A DNA stretch of 64,000 nucleotides from Ramazzottius varieornatus. Its lineage: Eukaryota > Animalia > Tardigrada. The translations under genes were made by a program, and so were the position numbers. The notes under the pieces were generated by a model. That model made no database searches. It was not told the origin of the DNA and saw nothing but the letters and a program-made list of their open reading frames with translations. The stretch is taken from the NCBI GenBank assembly GCA_001949185.1, contig BDGG01000004.1:1575620-1639619 (forward strand), written 5' to 3'. Shown piece by piece: positions 60,727 through 64,000 of the stretch (the stretch's first letter is position 1; each line of letters starts with the position of its first letter).

Positions 60727-61320
60727 AGTTCGGAGATAAATCTAAGACATCAACAGGCGAACAACTACAACACGTAAGCAGCCAGCATACTTAGCAACTT
60801 CTCACCAGATCAAACATCCGTAGCTTCTACCAAGTCCGATAATCGCCTTTCCCAACAAAGCCATAAATCGGGATCGATCTTCTGGACGTCGGAAGTGAAG
60901 AGTATCAAGGTCAAGGTAAAGCGAACTGTTCGACATCGTCAAGCATGATAACAAAGGTTCAATGTGGAGGTTGCGAAACCCACCGCCGACGTCATGTCGC
61001 CCTTGCGAACGAGGCATAGCCGCCTTGCACGCTCTAATCATCAGGGACCCAAATAGGTGAACTCCTTGGGAATGCATGACTGTCGAAAAGCTATCTTAGT
61101 CTGATGGTCGAACGTTCTTATCGGAAGAGCAGGTTCGGAAGTTAACAGAAGGCCTTCGCGGTCGTTTTGCTAAAGATTCCATGATTTCTATGAATGTTCT
61201 GTGAATGTATCGCACATGCGATCAGCCGAACTTCGAGACATCGAGACAATCGTAATTAAAATCACTTTGTTAGAGAGCTCTCAAGTTTATTATTACGAGT
61301 AGGATAGAATTCGAAGACAA

Positions 61321-63382
61321 TTACGATTGTTGTACAGGTTGCTGCAGTTTTCGAGCGCAAATGGCCCAGCTTCTTGGCGAAACAACCGGATCAAACATGG
61401 CAATGAGGCCTACTTCTGCTATTCCTTCCTGAATCAAAACAAATAATCACCGCTATCAGATGTGCTGCATGTGGTTGCTGCAGTTTTCGATGATGTGGTA
61501 TTCGAGAACGCCACGTTTATACCTGCTCTTCCAAGTAACACAGACGGTCCAGCAGCATGACTTGTTCCACACATGCGCCGAGTACTATTCTCAAAAGATT
61601 CACAATCTTCATGTGAACCTCAACAGATTTGAACTGCTGGAAAACCTCTTCACATTCCGGTCCGAGGACCTGTAATTCGGAGTACAAATGAATCCAAAAA
61701 TCAACCAGACTCCGATCAGCTACTATACACTTACCGCAGCGGGAAACCCACAAATTTTTCCGGCTTTCTCCGCATATTCGCTGAAAGACGTCTGTAGATC
61801 AACAGGAATTCTTCCCACCCGAACTTCATCCGGATCACATCGTTCCAGATTATCAGTCTTGTCTGGTAAAATGGAGCGAACAAGCAGGATCTGAAGTAAG
61901 GCACGAAAAAACAGGGACCTCGCCGATACATCCAGACGTTTGCGTCCCTCGCGCAGAGTTCGGTCAACGCTTTGCGAAGCTAACATTCGCGTGTTCTTTC
62001 CAAAGAAAAACTGTTTCCGTCTCAGGTAAGCGGAAAGAGGAAACATGGAATGTCCATCACCTAAGCAGAAAAGGGCAAGTCAGAAACGGAGTGGTGGCGA
62101 ACCCAAATGTAGGCCAGGCGCAACCTACATGGCTGACGTCGATCAAATTCTTCTTCCATGTAATGATAGCAACACCCTACAAAGCAAAGACCCAGGTTTC
62201 TTTCGTTTTGAACGAAGACTTCTGCAATGTCGTTTCCCAGCGAGCCGCACCTGCAGATGAACAGAGTTACGCACGAGCTTCGTTATGTGACTCGAACCAA
62301 GCGCCAGAATACTGAACCAATCATGTACTAACGTATGTAATCCACACAACAGGTAGGTTTCCGGCTTTTCAAGGTAAGAATCCGAATTAAGATCGCGACG
62401 AACTGTGCAGGGGAGAACGCAAAAGGTCCCTGGTGTTTCTTTAACCACATATTCCGGAGCAGTTAACCTCTTCTTCAGTACCGGCCACTGCTTGGAGATC
62501 TTTCTGAATCTTGACATGGCCGATGAAACAGTCGACTCGTTGCTTTCTAGGCCAATCACGTTGATACTGTGCCTCAGCGTTAGCAAGGCACTGAGATATC
62601 CTTTCCCACATCCAAAGTCGATCACCTGTGAAAAGTACGGCCTCTCTGAGAACCGGACATCAGAAGTTCTTCACCTCTTAGTAAGGTTTGTGCCAATTAA
62701 CAAACCGACCTCACATTGTGCAAATCCCATTTCACACACAGTTCAGCAATCAGATCACACATCGACTGAACCTCAGCGAGCTTCTTCTTGGACATCATAA
62801 GCATCGTATGCCCATTGTTTCCGGTTTTTAACTCGTTCAGAAACGAAGGCTGAATTCGATCAAGAGCCAGTTTCTCGGTTTCACGAATCTGCAGGAAACA
62901 CCTTCTCGCGAGGTTCTCGAAGTGGTTGGCTGGTTCTGCAAAACGCAAATACAGCGAACGTGCATAACGCCATGTATAAATTGTTAACCATTCTGTTCCA
63001 CTGTTAATTCTTCACGAACAAGTATACATAGGCGAAGAAGGTCAAACCTCGTATTTCTGAGTCGGTAAGGGTACTGGAATGCAACATCTCGCAGTAAGCA
63101 AACAGGTCGTCATAGACGTGCTCGGGGTCCACAGCTTGTCTGGCGTCGGTGACCATCGTCTCGGGAAAACAGTCCAGCCATAAATTGTCCAGGTAGAATG
63201 TAGCCATCCTTGCGTCCGTCAATTTGTGTAAAGGCTGCAGAAAGTCAGTCATCTGTTGCAACCTATGTCAAAACAGGAACCCGGAATTTGAAGTCGTGGT
63301 CGACTGGTCGTATGACAGATGGAACGAGCCGCCAATCCAGCTCGTCGCACAAGACTGCTTACCTGATGAAAAATGACGACAT
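61321..63382 (-). CDS. METTL25: Methyltransferase-like protein 25
   Basis: MSKKK..EV, VIDFGCGKGYLS, GLHT|CG.L, VGCCYH, FPLS, LFFRALLQ, EQVMLLDRL.YL.E, FDPVVSPR. TAA at 61321-61323. Confidence 0.9.
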
Positions 63383-63694
63383 TATGAAACCTTGGGGGCT
63401 CGATCCTTCCCATTCGCAGCCGGCCTTCCCAATGTCCTGGCAGCAGTCGAACCCGGGATCAGAGCTGGAACCGCAGAAATCAAATCGGAGGTCCGAAACT
63501 TCGGAGATTCAAACAAGATTAGTGATGAGCTGCTGAATATGGCCCAGAGTATAAAACCGCGTAGCGTTGCGGAATCATACGGCTGCAGTGCGGTACGGCC
63601 GTATGTAACCGCAAGGAAAATTGGGAGAAAAATGCAGTGCAGTACGCGCCGCAAAATCATGGGACAGTATACGTCTGCACCGCATCGCCCAGTA

Positions 63695-63704
63695 GCGCAT
63701 GCGC
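63695..63704. promoter_or_regulatory. NRF1/Ewg-type palindrome GCGCATGCGC upstream of METTL25
   Basis: Exact consensus match about 310 bp upstream of the METTL25 ATG; function untested. Confidence 0.35.
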
Positions 63705-64000
63705 CGTAGCATGAAGTTTGTGACTGATTGCCTGTTTTGTCGGGTGTTTCTCTCTCGGAATTCACCGAACAAGCTGAGGTCGGTCATATAACGTGTGTTT
63801 TCGTGTGCTTTAAGCCAGAGACGGAATTCTCTTTTGATTTTTAGCATCCTAGGCTTCAAGCACTCCCTCAGAAACGCTGTTTTGATGACTGTGGTGAAAT
63901 TTTCACCGATATTTTTTGGCGATGTATCATCTTTCTCGGTCGATAAAGCTTGATGGTTTGCTGTTTCAAACTCCTAAGATATCTCAATTTAGAGAAGAGA

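Noticed and set aside
63382-63765. ORFs upstream of METTL25, including one whose TAA overlaps the METTL25 ATG (TAATG)
   Set aside because: Starts at non-ATG codons with no homology; most likely promoter/5'UTR sequence.

Overview
Eukaryotic DNA from a gene-dense invertebrate-like metazoan genome with many short (about 50-90 nt) spliceosomal introns. The ORF track fragments the genes, so exons were rebuilt by hand from splice sites and conserved motifs. Eleven protein-coding genes were identified: UFSP1-like Ufm1 protease (+), FLVCR-type MFS transporter (+), KDSR (-), RNF113A (-), SNRPE (+), a neuron navigator/unc-53/sickie gene of at least 17.5 kb (+), then five co-oriented minus-strand genes CEBPZ, TIGAR-like, DAGLA, RAD54L2 and METTL25. 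Most notable anomalies: (1) an in-frame TGA inside an otherwise intact UFSP1-like gene; (2) an apparent non-AG splice acceptor in CEBPZ; (3) a GC-AG intron in NAV; (4) two MITEs, one hAT-like next to KDSR and one TTAA-flanked in a TIGAR intron; (5) a 4x tandem array of the 5' splice-site consensus; (6) splice acceptors just upstream of many start codons, compatible with SL trans-splicing or 5'UTR introns. No CRISPR, tRNA or rRNA was recognised. I cannot confidently claim a new multi-gene system. All gene identities rest on remembered family motifs, not database searches.
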